From assembly GCA_964035545.1 (NCBI GenBank), contig OZ037770.1:8996973-9060972 (forward strand): a DNA stretch of 64,000 nucleotides, read 5' to 3'. A model generated the notes under the pieces. It did not search any database. It saw only the letters and a list, made by a program, of their open reading frames with translations, and was not told where the DNA came from. The first letter of the stretch is position 1, and each line of letters opens with the position of its first letter. The DNA comes from Bugula neritina. Taxonomy: Eukaryota > Animalia > Bryozoa. Position numbers and translations under genes: made by a program. Below are positions 25,828-37,702 of this stretch, in pieces.

Positions 25828-28400
25828 TGCAGGGGTGGCTCAGCCGTTAAATCGGCTCACCGCAAAAGGGGTGACCTGGCAGTGGACTTCCGTCGAACAG
25901 AGGGCGTTCGACTGCCTCAAGGGCCGCCTGCTAGAGGCTCCCAGACCCCGCTCTGAAGTACATCCTAGACGCAGACGCCAGTGACCAGAACGTTGGCGCT
26001 GTGCTGTCACAGGTGCAGGAGGGCTGAGAAGTAGTAGTAGCCCACTACTGCAAGTCTCTCTCACCCACCGAACGAAATTACTGCACTACCCGCAAGGAAC
26101 CGCTGGCAGTAATAAGTCGGTGAAACACTTCATACCCTATCTATACGGCAGGAAGTTCCGGCTGCGTACAGACCACGCCTCCTTGATTTGGTTGTGCAAG
26201 GGAGCCGAACCGTCTAGCCAGGTCGCCAAATGGCTCGAGGTCCTGGCCGAGTTCTCTTACTGGATCGAACATCGACCCGGTAAAAAACGCGGCAATGCAG
26301 ACGGACTGAGCCGGCGACCGGACGAGGGGTGTAAACAATGCCTCAACATCAAGAGGAGGGACGGAGGTCCCCCACGATCCAAGTTGAGAGCACTGGATCA
26401 CCCTGGGATAGAGTATGACTAGGACCAGGGTCAACTCTAACAGATGGCTGATACGCCTCCGAAGGCAATACAGAGCCTCCGCGCCAACCCTGTTTTGGCT
26501 GGTAACATCAGGGAGCTGCAAAAACTCCAGGAAGACCTTCCGGGACTAGTAGCCGACGTGTACCGGGCCAAGAAGGAAGAGCGACGACCCAGTGAAGAAC
26601 AACTGCGGCAGGGATGCGCCGAGTTACGGCTGTACTGTTAACGTTGGGACTCCCTGCGAATCGGGCCGGATGGTCTGCTGACCATGACAGTGGAAGCAAA
26701 CAACAGACACCCCGAGAGAAAGAGGGTAGTCTGCCCAGCTGCCATCCGCCGAGAGTTAGTATGGGATACCCACAAACAGGCTCACGCAGAGGTCCAGAGG
26801 ATGCTCACTAAATTACAGCTCCGGTGGTATTGGCCCAACATGGAGCGTGACGTACGACTCAGAGTAAAACGGTGTGAAATCTGCCAGGCCAGCAAGCATG
26901 GCCGTCTTCCTGGCGAAGCGGGACGGCGTAAGCTATATGCTGGGAGGCCATGGCAAGTGGTAGCTGTTGACCTGGTCGGACTCATGCCCCTAACCCCCAG
27001 AGGAAACAGCTGGGTCTTAGTATTAACCGACCACTTTACCAGGTGGGTCGACGCCCTGGCCAGGGTGCTAGACCAAAATGTATTCTGCTACTTTGGGTTA
27101 CCCGAGCAGATACATTCCGACCAGGGGGCTCAATTCCAGTCTCAACTGTTGAGCGACCTCTGCCACCTCTAGAGAGTAAACCAAAGCAGGACCACTCCGT
27201 ACCACCCTCAAGGTAACGGAGTGGTAGAACGCAACAACCTAATGCTGGGCGATGCACTCCGCAGTCTTCTCCTCGGCCGAGGTCAGGAGGAATGGGATAT
27301 GGTGTTACCGCAAATCATGCGGGCCTACCGTAGTACACCACACACCAGTACGGGCGAGACCCCTAACCTCCTGATGCTTGGTCGAAAGACGCGAGTGCCC
27401 GATCACCTTACCTACCACATTCCTGAACAGGACTATCCCATCCACGAGTATGCCAGTGAATTGGTAGAGAAAATGAAGGTCGCACACGAAATACTGCGAG
27501 AAAAGCAGTGGCAGGTGCGACAAGAAGACTCCCAGGAACTGCCCCTCTACCAAGCTGGAGACTGGGTGTGGATGGTCAACTACCGTAGGTGTCGAGGACA
27601 GGCGGCTAAACTCCAGCCTAAGTTCGTGGGACCCTACTTAGTAGTTGAGGCAATGCCCAATCATACGTACAAGTTGGAGCGCTCAGGCCAGATATCTATC
27701 CAGAATGAGGCCCGCTTGAAACCGTATTGGGCTAGCCCAAGGGCCGTGGGAGAGGCCCCTCCCCCTCCCCCGTTGTTCGAGCCCAGGAGGCAGACATATG
27801 AAGTGGTCATGCCGCGGGCGGAAGACTTGGTAGGGCAGGAAAGGCCACTTCCATCAACAGAAGTGCGCCCACCGCCCCCAACGCCAAGCCTACTGCCAAC
27901 ACTTCCGGAATCAGACGCGAATCCGGAAGTGCAAAACCCCCCCCGCGGGAGGGGTTTCATCCGAAGATGATGAAGGAGAAGGAAATACGACCATCAACGA
28001 CGGGCCGGAGACACCACTAGTGGAACCTAATAGTCCACCAGTGAGTACACCGCCCCGACCAGCAACCATACCATCTTCCCCAGCTAGTACGCCACCTCTC
28101 CTGAAACGGGGACAACGTACTAGACAACCCCCAGCATACTTAAAAGACTTCGTATGTGACCGCGTTACAAGCGGCAATTATGAAAGTCCAGCTGGGTGCC
28201 GTACGGAGAGACTGGCAGCGAAACGTGGGAGTTGTGAACACAACGAAAATACTAACTTTTGCGAGGGCGGAGTAGTGGGCAAAATTACTTCGCCCCGTGC
28301 AAACAGTTCCCGCTTTGCACAACAAACAAGCTGTCCGGTCTTTTCCTACGCTGACATCGCCAAGGGCAGACGTATTAAATCCACTAACATCCAAGCTTGA
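25828..28400 (+). pseudogene. Outer Gypsy pol 3' part: RNase H, integrase and Pro-rich tail, disrupted
   Basis: DADASDQNVGAVLSQ, ERNYCTTRKE, LRTDHASL, NADGLSR; integrase HHCC (THKQAH...CEIC), VAVDLVG, IHSDQG, VERNN, KLQPKFVGPY, RTRQPPAYLKDF. Confidence 0.9.
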
Positions 28401-28465
28401 ACGCTGAGTATGATTTCGAATACCAGGTTCCAAGGTAAGCTTGCCTAGACCAAGTATTCCTAATT

Positions 28466-29557
28466 ATGGAAACGGGTCTAACATTAGTTAATTCTGATTT
28501 AATCGCTCTGATTGAATCACAATTACTGGGGGCTGAGTTACACGTGAAAGACGACGAGGACATAACAATGGCCGACGATCTACTAGATCTGGAGCTTGAC
28601 ACTATGTCCCTCAGTCAGCCTACACGCTACGACACAGTCCTTCGAGTGCCGTATAAAAAGATGCATGACTCTCAGACTAGTAACAGTCGGTTGTCATCAG
28701 AATTATGCTGTAAAGAGCACACTCGATCTAACAATAATTCTGCTCTTTCAGATACCACTTGCTCTCCTAACCTTAATGATATGCCGCCATTGGAGATGGC
28801 TTGGGATGAAGAACCTATCCCCGCCACGCTACCGGATATACTGTTAATCCAATCCTGCTGGATCACGAAGGACACCGAGACACTTATCCAACAAAACAAA
28901 GGCAATGATCAGTGCACCATCTGCCGGCTGTGTCAGTTACACTTTACCACCCCCGCAGACTCAGAGTTCACGTCCCCCAACACTATATTACCGCCTTTTG
29001 TCCCTGTGGTGAATATAGTTACCACAGGGACTACATCCTCCGCCACCAACGAACAATGGGGTGCCACGCTGGACATCTTTATGAAGTGGACAAACCCTTA
29101 TTTCCTCATTTCCTCGACCTCATCAGGTCATTTATCTCTGACCCAACCCGTTATGAATGGCTGCGGCAAGAATTCCCCCCCCCCGTATCATTACACAAGG
29201 ACCCTGTCCCAAACCCTCGGGGTTTAAGAAGCCCCCGACACCTCGCCCGTCACCCCCGCCTGCACTGTACCCCGTCCCAACTCTATACCCCAAGTCGTCT
29301 TACATTGAATAGAAGTACCCCAGAGATGGCGCCCCTCTCCTCCCGTTTCTCCTCGACCCTCCCGTAAACGCCGTTGGTTGTCTTCCTCTCCCAATCGCCA
29401 CTCTCCTCCTGCTAGGAATTTGAAAGAAGAGAAGCAACGAATACATGAGTTAGAGAGAGAAGTTCAACGGTTGGCACCTAGAATATCTGCCGCCGCTTCC
29501 AAGCTCCGGGCTCTCCGTGACTCCGTGGCCCAATTAAAGAGGAATGCCCAAGACTGA
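28466..29557 (+). pseudogene. Accessory third ORF of outer Gypsy: zinc-finger / coiled-coil protein, frameshifted
   Basis: Restoring one C in the run at 28950-28954 gives CRLCQLHFTTPRRLRVHVPQH (canonical C2H2), then CPC-x12-H-x5-C. The last frame (29282-29557) reads PQVVLH*IE, SRKRR and a heptad-like LKEEKQRIHELEREVQRL...LRALRDSVAQLK. Confidence 0.7.
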
Positions 29558-29604
29558 GTGTCTACTCTTTCCCTTCATCCCATTCCACTATTACTTAACT
29601 ACGC

Positions 29605-29693
29605 TGTAATGTTTTGAATGTGTGCTGCATGCAATGGTGTTGTTTATTATTACTGCATGGATCAGATGATGTTTGGCAACTGTATGATGTCAT

Positions 29694-29763
<70 letters not shown>

Positions 29764-29857
29764 ATGAGGATTTACAAATATAAGTTAGTTCTAGCCCTCA
29801 ACCGAGTGTAGTCTCTACAGCATAAATATAATAACTGCAAATTAACACAACAAAAAA
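29605..29857 (+). repeat. 5' LTR of inner Gypsy, with (AT)30 expansion at 29701-29760
   Basis: Direct repeat of 33222-33426, with about 10 substitutions outside the microsatellite. Confidence 0.93.
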
Positions 29858-29901
29858 TTGGTAACGAGGATAATCTGATAGTGGCAGCTCCAGATTTTAG
29901 A

Positions 29902-32830
29902 ATGGCTACTGGATCTATACCGCAGTTTAGTGGGAAGACAGAACATTATATGCAGAAGTTAGAAAGTTATTTTCTTATACACAAGACAGATGCTGACTTG
30001 AAGAAGCATGTACTGATTATGGGATTTTCAGAGAGTCAATACGAAACTTTGACAGACTTGGTATCACCAAAGATGCCACAGGATGTTAGCTATGACAATC
30101 TAGTACAGCAGCTAAAAAGGCATTATGGTACAGTGACAAATAAAACGGTTGAGAGGGCGAAGTTTAGAGAAGTCAAGAGATCACCGAATGAATCTGTGGC
30201 AGACTGAGGGCACAAGCTAGATCATGTGAGTTTGGGAATGTGCTACATGATAATTTGCTTGAACAATTTAGAATAGGGGTGCAAAGTAAGACAATCAGAG
30301 AGAGGATAACCGCTATGGCAGCAGAACAGCAATCCAAGCTTCAAGCGGTGATAGATGTTGCACTGCAAGTTGAAGTTGATGAAAAGATGGACAATGTCAA
30401 GTTAAACAGTGCACCGGAAACTGTTTCAGCCGTGAGAAATGGAAGGGTCAATAGTGGAGCAAGACCTAAGCATACAGAAAATAATAGCAAAAGTCAAGCT
30501 ATTTGCTACAGGTGCTCTAGGACCGGACATTTGGCGAGTAGTAACAGTTGTCCAGCAAAAGATAGAACGTGCAAGGACTGTGGCAGCAGAGGACATTTTG
30601 CCAAGTCGAAGTTCTGTAAAGGCACAACAAAGCACCATACAGTGGCAAAAGTAAAGGAGATGAACGAGGAAACGTTGTTCGCTGTGAAGGGAAAATCTGA
30701 AATACCTAAATGTGATGTGACCGTTTTGGGTGAAAGTATTTTATTTTTAATTGACACAGGAGCTTGCAACAATATCATAGATTTGGCTGCCTATAACAGG
30801 ATCAAGCACAAAGTTATGTTGCAGCCAATAAGCGAGGCTTTGTATGCTTATGGCAGTGACAAGCAATTAAACATGATTGGTCGTTTTGATACTGAAATGA
30901 AGTGTGCTGCATATATTGCTAAGGCTACTGTGTATGTTTTTAATGGCTATGCTAAGTGCTTACTAAGTGGTAAAACAGCCACAGATTTACATCTCTTGTC
31001 TTTTGATGGTAATGTTTATAATGTAAGTGCTGAAAATCAGTGTGAAATTGTTAGACAATTTCCAGAAGTTTTTCAAGGTGTGGGAAAACTCAAAGGGGTG
31101 AAAGCAAAATTTCACGTTGATAAAACAGTAACACCAGTTGCTCAGCCAGTGCGTAGGTTACCATTGGGGTTCAAAGATAAGGTGAAGCAAAAGCTAGATG
31201 ATTTGTTGGCTAATGACATTATTGAGCCCGTTGCTGGAGTTGGTACGACATGGGTGAGTCTATTGGTGGTAGTTTTGAAAGATAATGGAGAAATTAGACA
31301 AACAGTTGACATGCGCCAGGCAAATAGGGCTATTTTGAGGGAAAGACACTCTATTCCAACTGTTAAGGAGATGCTAGCTAATTTAGAAGGGGCTCAAGTT
31401 TTTTCAAAGTTGGACTTGAGGCAAGGTTTTCACCAGGTGGATATTGAGGAAATTTCAAGGCCTATTACAACTTTTATCACACTCTTTGGCTTGTTTAGAT
31501 ATAAAAGGCTAACGATGGGCACAAATGCCAGCCCAGAGCAATTTTAGTATATCATACAGCAAGCATTAGCAGGTTTGGCAGGGGTCCAAAATATGGCTGA
31601 TGATATTATTTTATTTGCATCAAACAGGCTAGAGCATGATGAGAGGTTGAAAGCATTACTTTTGAGACTCAAACAAGTAGGCTTGACACTGAATGCTAGC
31701 AAGTGTGAATTTAGAGTTAGCTCAGTGAAGTTCCTTGGCTTTATTATCTCAGGTAGCGGAATTTCAGCTGACCCAGAGAAAGTTAAATCAATAGTTGAAT
31801 TTCAACCACCGAAAAATGCGACTGATTGCAGGACCTTCCTTGGCTTGGTGAATTTTGTGGGAAAATTTATTCCAGATTTAGCTAGTGTATCAGAGCCTAT
31901 TAGGCAAGTCACTCGAAAGTCTGTTCAGTTCACTTGGGGTAAAGAACAGCAAGGTGCTTTTAACAAGATCAAAACTCTCATGGCCAATGCTAAGACGCTG
32001 GCTCATTTTGATTCAAAATTGAAAACCAGTGTTGTGGTTGATGCTAGCCCATTTGCATTAGGAGCTGTTTTAGTGCAGGGAGATAGAGTGGTGGCATATG
32101 GACACCGCGGGTTGACAGATATTGAGCGTAGATATAGTCAAACAGAGAGGGAGGCTTTGGCAATAGTGTGGGCCTGTGAACATTTCATGATGTACTTGTT
32201 AGGCATTGAGTTCGAGCTAATAACAGATCACAGACCCCTAGCATTCATATTTAATAATCCTAGCTCTAAGCCAGTTCTTAGGATAGAGAGGTGGTCATTA
32301 CGATTGCAGTCATTTAGGTTTACAGTGAAATATAAACCTGGAAAAGGAAACATAGCTGATCCACTCTCTAGGCTGTGTAATGTGATGAATCACAAAGTAA
32401 ACAGCATTGCTACAGTAGCAGCAGATGATTATGCTAGGCAGATTGTCAAAGAGGCAGTGCCAATAGCTATTAAATGGAAAGACTTGGTAGCTAAGTCTAT
32501 AGTTCATGCAAAGAATATGCAGATGCTAGACGTGGGGCTAGGGAATCTGAAGTAGAAGTAGGGGATGAAGTTTTGTTAAGGGAGGAGGATAAAGGAAAAT
32601 TAAGTTGCAACTTTGGCGATGATAGGCATGTAGTAACATCCAAACAGGGCTCCGATATTGTATGTGAAAACCCAAGCAATGGCAATGTTACTAGGCGCAA
32701 TTCGACTTTTGTCAAAGTTATCCCCGAAACACCTAGTTTAAATAAGAATGATTCACCTGTGGGTGATGCCAACACCTAGCAAAGGCCTTAACGTGTTAGA
32801 GAACAACCTGATTGGTATGGGGATGTGGTA
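29902..32830 (+). pseudogene. Inner Gypsy gag-pol, disrupted
   Basis: Two CCHC-type knuckles (CYRCSRTGH..C, CKDCGSRGH..C), protease FLIDTGA, RT VDMRQAN / SKLDLRQGFHQ / NMADDI, RNase H VDASP / YSQTERE / TDHRPL. Jumps near 32500 to the post-core integrase tail YADARRGARES. Confidence 0.9.
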
Positions 32831-33221
32831 ATTCATGCACTGGATGAGTAATATAAGATAATTATGAAATCTTTCAAATCCCAATTTGAGATTGCCACAC
32901 CTTTTAGCAATATTTACTTATGATAGTCTAAATGCTGCTTGTTTTTGTTAAATCTACTATATCTGATGAGTTTGTTTGTTTGTTTGTATTTTCATCAAAT
33001 AGTAGTTTATGTCATAGGTTGAAAAATAGAAAAAAAATCAGTGATGAGGGTCCATATGCACAATAGCGAAGCTAGTCGAGGTGCTGACTGTTTATGAATT
33101 ACTGTTTATTAGAAATTACTATTGCATGTCATTTTATCTAAACTTAGTCTAGAGCACTTGTGAAACTAATTACTTTTAGATGTTATGGGTAACTAATTAT
33201 CTTTTTGAAGAAAAGAAGGTT

Positions 33222-33426
33222 TGTAATGTTTTGAATGTGTGCTGCATGCAATAGAGTTGTTTATTATTACTGCATGAATCAGATGATGTTTGGCAATTGT
33301 ATGATGTCATATTCTGTGTATATAGGTATAAGATGAAGATTTACAAATATAAAGTAGTTTTAGCCCTCAACCGAGTGTAGTCTCTACAGCATAAATATAC
33401 TAACTGCAAATTAACACAACATAAAA
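33222..33426 (+). repeat. 3' LTR of inner Gypsy
   Basis: Follows the PPT; matches 29605-29857. Confidence 0.93.
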
Positions 33427-33973
33427 TACGCCGCGGGTGGTGCCTCACTTACCGCCTTCTACATATCACTTCCCGATGCTATAGTAAGGACTCTCAATAT
33501 ATATACAGACAATTTCTTAGTTGGTACGCAATTTTTTTTTTAGTATTATATTTAATTATAATATGTTCATGAAAGTAATTTGTTTTCTTTTTAATCACAA
33601 ATATATTTTAGTTTTTTTTGCCAGGGCAGTGATTTTGCTGCAAGTATTGTAAGGTTCTTACAATATTTACGTACAATTTAATATCCTAGCCAAAGATTTC
33701 TTCATGTAAGTTTTGCTTTTATAGAAGGACAATTATCATATGGGAGAGTTATATACTTTTGTAGCAAATGCAGATATAATTTATAAATCGTAGATATTTA
33801 AATTAATACTAACACATTTCAATAGATATTCTGCATTCTAGCTTAAATTGGCTATAATAAAAAATATATATACTTTATTACTGTGCTGTTAATTGCAGTA
33901 TATTTGTAAAACAAAATTTATCCTCATTTAAATGCTAAAAATATAAAGGAAAGCAGCTGTCTTGGAGGCCAGT

Positions 33974-35040
33974 CATGTTCTACTCTGTTCACATGACCTA
34001 CCCATCTCAAGTTCTTTGTCATAAAAATGTTAATCACACACGGCAATTTAGCATGTCATGGAATTCTGTCATAGTGACACGCCATTTTAAGGTCTTTATA
34101 TGTTTCACCATAAAAGCGCTTAGCTTCTCACCTGTTTCCTGTATATTGACCATGTTTCAGTTCCACAGAGCAGACTTGAGAGCACTACTCTCTAGAATTT
34201 ACATGTAACTCTTATGGAGACATGTCTATTCCTCCACAGTCTATGCTAGAGCTTTCCGTAGACCTTACTTGTTTTGCATAATCTGTTTTGCAGTTTTTTA
34301 TCTATTTTTGCAGTGCAGGAAACAGTGCTTTTTATAGTTATAGGTATAAAGTTTAAGGTATACACAAGTGATTGACTAGTATATGCATTTTGATTTTTAA
34401 GATTTTAGGTAAAATTGGCACCAGTAAAATGGCACAGGTAAAAATGGCACCAGGTTGCTAAATTTTTCCAAACCCCAAACCCCAAACCCCTTACTAGAAA
34501 CCCAAACCCTCAACTTTTAAACCCCAACTCTATCCCAAACCCTAATATCGAGAGTTTGCCATTTTTACCTACTTTGCCGTTTGTGCCATTTTTACAATGC
34601 CAATTTTGCATGTGCCATTTTTACCGGACACTGCTTTTTAATGTTAGTTTTCAAGCCTCTGTTTTTGAAATTTTGTCCACTAGCACCTGCATGTCGGAAG
34701 CATCGTGGGTCACCCAAACACTGTTGTCTGCAAACAATATTTCTCTAACTAGGTGTTTAGTGGTAGGGGCCTTGAACTTGAACTGTGCAATGTCAAAGAC
34801 ATCAGCCCTATATCTAGTTTGAATATAATGCATGTATCCTTTTATAGATATCCTTGAATGTCACATCTACATAGCATAGCAGTCTTGTATAATGAAGGTA
34901 GTGTGGGCACAAGAACACGCCTCTGCTTGACACCATCAGTTACTGCAAACTCACTTGAGACAATTGAAAACTTCTCGATCTATTCTTGGTCAAAATGCTC
35001 TGAACAGTTTTTCAGGGTGCATGTAAGTGCATTTTCACTA
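33974..35040 (-). mobile_element. Old RTE-like LINE fragments, interrupted by a small repeat
   Basis: ORF 34651-34833 has LVREILFADN; a GVKQ..VL.PTL-like stretch lies near 34900-34940. Confidence 0.6.
34405..34632. mobile_element. Short interspersed element with aaaatggcac repeats in inverted orientation around a ccc(c/t)aaa core; related split copy at ~35355-36620
   Basis: aaaatggcac repeats on the left, gtgccattttt repeats on the right, C/A-rich core. Class uncertain (MITE- or Helentron-derived). Confidence 0.55.
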
Positions 35041-35119
35041 TCTTGATCTTGAGCATTGCCCATTTTTGTAACTTATAAACTTTTTTATAAGGCCATTGTA
35101 GCAATTTTAGGTAACAATA

Positions 35120-35346
35120 AAAAACTCACGCAAGTTTATAGTTACCATCCCTGTGAGAAACCCCCTGATGCAAAGGTTTTTTGTTAAATCCAGCTAAGGA
35201 CAATTGGCAAGAAGAGGCACAGAAGCAATTATGACTGGAGACTCTTCCTAACATCACCAATGGCTTTTGTCAGGGCTTGAACCCATGACTTTGAGCTCCA
35301 TGCTTATGAAGCAAATGGTCTGACCTTGAGACCGCGACTGTTCCCT
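35120..35346 (-). mobile_element. tRNA-derived SINE, independent inverted copy
   Basis: Reverse complement matches the 4619-4815 family (ccattggtgatgttagg, catcagg...tttctcac). Confidence 0.7.
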
Positions 35347-37702
35347 GATTTTAGCTAACAATGGCACAGATAAAAATGGCAAGGTAAAAATAGCACGCTA
35401 AAAATGGCGCTAGTGGAAACTTAGGTACAAATGGCATACCATGGTGTTAAATTTTCTCAAACCCCAAATTCAACCCCAAACCCTTTAACTATGGATGGGT
35501 AAATGGCGCGCTGGCCACATCAGGCCTTCCTACTGTTTGAATCAGGCACTTAGCCAATCACTAGCAATTCTTATAATTTCATTAGTTTCTTACTCATTCA
35601 CAGAATGTGTGTACTAAGCAACACTGGCCAATCATGAACATGACTCATGAGAAGACTCTAGCTAATGTATAGCTGCTTAAACTAATAATCACGCTTCAGT
35701 GAGCACAAGTATAGCAGCATTACAACTTGGGTTATGTGATATTGCTTCAACAACAACAGTTAGCTAGGCTTCTACACTTCACCAGTTATAACCAGTGAGA
35801 AGTACCCTACACTAGCTATCATGAACTATATAAAAAATATAGTAATAGAACACAGCTAGCTCACCAATGAGCATCTTCAACATTTGCTTCAAGTAGCCAC
35901 ACATGAACCCGCTACTAGCAGTAACATTAGTGCTATTATGGTTCTGAAAAGTGTTTTTCATACTCCTCACTAATTATAGTAGGCCTATAACTATAAGTGT
36001 ACCCAATATATTTTCACTGCTTTTTGCTTATGAACCATATACAACTTGCTCTTAAATTAATAAACTGTTATATGTTTTGTATTCTGCCTCTACATTTTGC
36101 AATTTATACCTTCAACCTTGAAAACAAACAAAAACATTTTAATTTTGCATTTGGTAACGCAGCATTGTAACTCGAATTTACAACAAACAAAACTCGCCCT
36201 TCTTACGCCTTAAATCTTGAGATCCAGCCTCATTTCAAAACCATTTGCCCATCCCTGCCTTAAACCATCAACCCCAAACCTCCACCCCAAATTCAAACCC
36301 CCATCTCTAAACCTCCATTTAGATGCAGTAGTGGAGAAATTGAAATAGCCTAAGTTTTTCATTTTATTGTTCAATTTTGGTTTGGGGTGCAGGTTGAAAT
36401 TTGTGCGAGAACATAACTTCTTAATTGCTGCATTTCGATCTATAACACAGAGTTTTCTCAATTTCTCCATTACTGTACCTAGCTCAAAACCTAAACTCCC
36501 TATCCTAAATCTCCAACCCCCCACCTGAATATTGAAAATGTGCTAGTTTTTACCTACTTTTCTATTTATAACACTGTTACCTATGCCATTTTTACCTGTG
36601 CCATCTTTACCGAACACTCAATGTATCACCAGGAACACTATTTTAATGGAAACTGTATAAACTATCATTAAATAAAATTTTTAAATGACTTAGTGATCTT
36701 TTGTAGTTATTTTTACTGAAATAAAATATGAATTGCTGCTCACTAGTATACGAGTCTTTAGCTTTGATCACTTTTTAATTAGAATTGATCTTCTGCATTT
36801 GATAATTTCAAATTTAAGTTGGATTTTATGACCACGGGGTTATCGTTGACTTAATTTTGGTCTTTATAGCTGCTATGCTACTCTATTTGTATAAACAGTG
36901 TTAACTTGTAAAGAGAAGACAACTTTTTGTTTCGAAAGATACCAGATATGTTATATAAAACAAAAAGGCAGTCAGTTAATAAATTTTACAGTAATGGATT
37001 CAAGCTTTTAGTTCAAGATGCTTTTTTTGTTTAGAGCTTGTAGTAGAAGCAAGTTGAAAAACAATAAATACATGTATATTAAGCTAAAGAGTGACATTGG
37101 CTAAAACAATACTTATAACCAATAATTGCATATTAGTGATGCGACACAGTTGTTTTCCTTGCTAAAATAAGTTGAATATAAAGATCAATGGTGGAATACT
37201 GTTTGAAAAATTTTACACAAAAACTCGACTTTCATATAGAGCAAAGTAAAATAAAAATATAAACTTATAGTTTGCAATTAATTGATTCATGTTTAAGCAG
37301 CTGAATACCGGTATTGTGGCTTTGTTTTAAGATAATTTTATTTATTATATATGTGCATGTTTTTTTCTTAAAACGAAAATAACTTTTGACTACAGCATAA
37401 AATTGAATGCATTAAAATAGAAGTTCAAAATCAAAATGACAATAAACGATAAACTGCAAAATACAATAATATCATATTACAGGTTAATATCACATTGGGA
37501 TATGCATAGCTAGTTACTTGAAGTTTATTTGTAAAATTTTTATTAGGCTTCATGAGAGTTGGACATCTATAAGAATGTTACTAAAATTACACTAGAAATA
37601 ATTTAATTTGTCAAATGTATTTGAGTATTCATTGCAGACTTGTCTTACAAGTAGAAAATAACAGTATCTGGTAGAGGATAGTCAAAATATACACATCTTG
37701 TT

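Larger units (their letters stand above)
29605..33426 (+). mobile_element. Inner Ty3/Gypsy LTR retrotransposon, two LTRs, integrase core deleted
   Basis: LTRs 29605-29857 and 33222-33426; TSD TACGC (29600-29604, 33427-33431); PBS-like tggtaacgaggat (29859-29871, tRNA-Ser-like); PPT gaagaaaagaagg (33207-33219). Confidence 0.93.
17103..33480 (+). mobile_element. Outer Ty3/Gypsy LTR retrotransposon, decayed, 3' LTR missing, carrying two nested insertions
   Basis: 5' LTR + PBS, gag with CCHC knuckle, then PR-RT-RH-INT in Gypsy order and an extra 3' ORF. GC-rich element sequence resumes for ~50 bp after 33431 and then stops; right end approximate. Confidence 0.9.

Noticed and set aside
28466-29557. 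Retroviral env gene
   Set aside because: No signal peptide, fusion peptide or transmembrane anchor; the motifs point to a nuclear protein.
29614-29811. ORF with IYIYIY run
   Set aside because: This is the translation of the (AT)n microsatellite inside an LTR.
34465-34545. Interstitial telomeric repeat
   Set aside because: The units are irregular ccc(c/t)aaa repeats forming the core of a dispersed element, not a TTAGGG array.
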